Below, in pieces: positions 34,552 to 35,236 of a DNA stretch of 35,236 nt (its first letter is position 1; each line of letters opens with the position of its first letter). The DNA is taken from IMG/VR virus record IMGVR_UViG_3300036783_000358, positions 1 to 35,236 of that record, one strand, 5' to 3'. Made by a program: the position numbers and the translations under genes. The stretch is from a virus (taxonomy: Duplodnaviria; Caudoviricetes). A model generated the notes under the pieces. That model did no database searches. It was not told where the DNA came from and was given only the letters and a program-made list of their open reading frames with translations.

Positions 34552-35236
34552 TAGACGTTCCTCTATAATCATAATAATAATCGTTGCCTTGGTATTTTTG
34601 ACGCCAATATTATTCTATACCTTAAACTTCAGAAATGGATTGTCTAATAAGAATTCCGATTGGGCAGCATTTGGCTCATTCATTTCTGGGATTTATGCTT
34701 TTTTTAGCACACTAATTCTAGCTTACACGCTTTACATAACCCAAAAGAATAGTAAAGAGCAAGCATATATGCTCTTCTCAGATCGGATCAAAAATGAAGT
34801 CTCTGAACTCACTGAGCAACTACGCAACAAACTGTTAGAAAAAAAATACCCCGGTTCCAGAAACGAAAGAACCTTTTTCTTTGATTGTGAAACGCAAACC
34901 GCTCTACCTTATAAAGGTAAGTTTCCAGTTACGGAATCACAAATAAAAGATTCAGCAGTGAAGGCTATAGCTTGTTATCCTGATATTTATGAGATCGAAG
35001 CGTTAATCCTAATGGATATTCTTTTCAAAATAGAAAATACTAAAGATGAACTAAGGAAAAATCTTCGCTCATATTTAATATACGCTTTAACTAAAGAACA
35101 AAGATTCTGGCTCTCGATGTATAGTGAAACCTATACACCATATATACAATCAACATTAAGAAACTGGCCGGGGTTCACTACATTCACCAAAGAACTTGAG
35201 CGATATATGAAGCAAGGAGAAAGCAATCGTTTTTGA
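34544..35236 (+). CDS. 230-aa accessory protein with two N-terminal TM helices, in the cI-int operon
   Basis: Overlaps the int stop by 8 nt; AT-rich; TM1-NSDWAAFGSFISG-TM2 followed by a soluble helical domain. Confidence 0.82.
   Translation: MNNRRSSIIIIIIVALVFLTPILFYTLNFRNGLSNKNSDWAAFGSFISGIYAFFSTLILAYTLYITQKNSKEQAYMLFSDRIKNEVSELTEQLRNKLLEKKYPGSRNERTFFFDCETQTALPYKGKFPVTESQIKDSAVKAIACYPDIYEIEALILMDILFKIENTKDELRKNLRSYLIYALTKEQRFWLSMYSETYTPYIQSTLRNWPGFTTFTKELERYMKQGESNRF

Larger units (their letters stand above)
1..35236. mobile_element. P2-like (186-type) temperate prophage, apparently intact
   Basis: Full P2 gene order from ogr to int, with cos, ori, a LexA box and the cI/apl/cII switch. No broken core gene seen. 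att sites are not in the window. Confidence 0.97.

Noticed and set aside
1-35236. att sites, tRNA, CRISPR array, IS elements, retron/RT or DGR, tail-fibre invertase
   Set aside because: None seen. The window begins at an ATG and ends at a stop codon, so the att sites probably lie outside it.

Overview
The window is an essentially complete P2-like prophage (Peduoviridae) with coliphage-186-type control, trimmed to gene boundaries, so no att site is visible. Most of it lies on the minus strand. From left to right it holds ogr/B, the tail genes D-U-T-E(+E')-FII-FI, tail fibre G-H, baseplate I-J-W-V, tail completion S-R, the lysis cassette, X-L-M-N-O, the divergent P-Q terminase/portal pair, cos, a LexA-controlled tum operon, replication gene A with its internal ori, small early genes, cII, apl, cI and int. 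Five AT-rich accessory loci interrupt or flank the GC-rich core: (1) a 56-aa zinc-ribbon/TM gene beside ogr; (2) two membrane-protein morons between V and S, separated by a decayed duplicate of the pV promoter and the 5' end of V; (3) a 459-aa coiled-coil/2TM gene between Q and cos; (4) an ABC/OLD-type ATPase plus PD-(D/E)XK nuclease pair in the known P2 anti-phage hotspot; (5) a 2TM gene coupled to int. The best candidates for undescribed biology are the ATPase-nuclease pair, the 459-aa membrane protein, a putative ~70-nt sRNA behind a GATC-rich OxyR-like site between FI and G, and the duplicated late promoter pointing antisense into a moron. All family assignments come from motifs, synteny and recalled family features. 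No database search was run.
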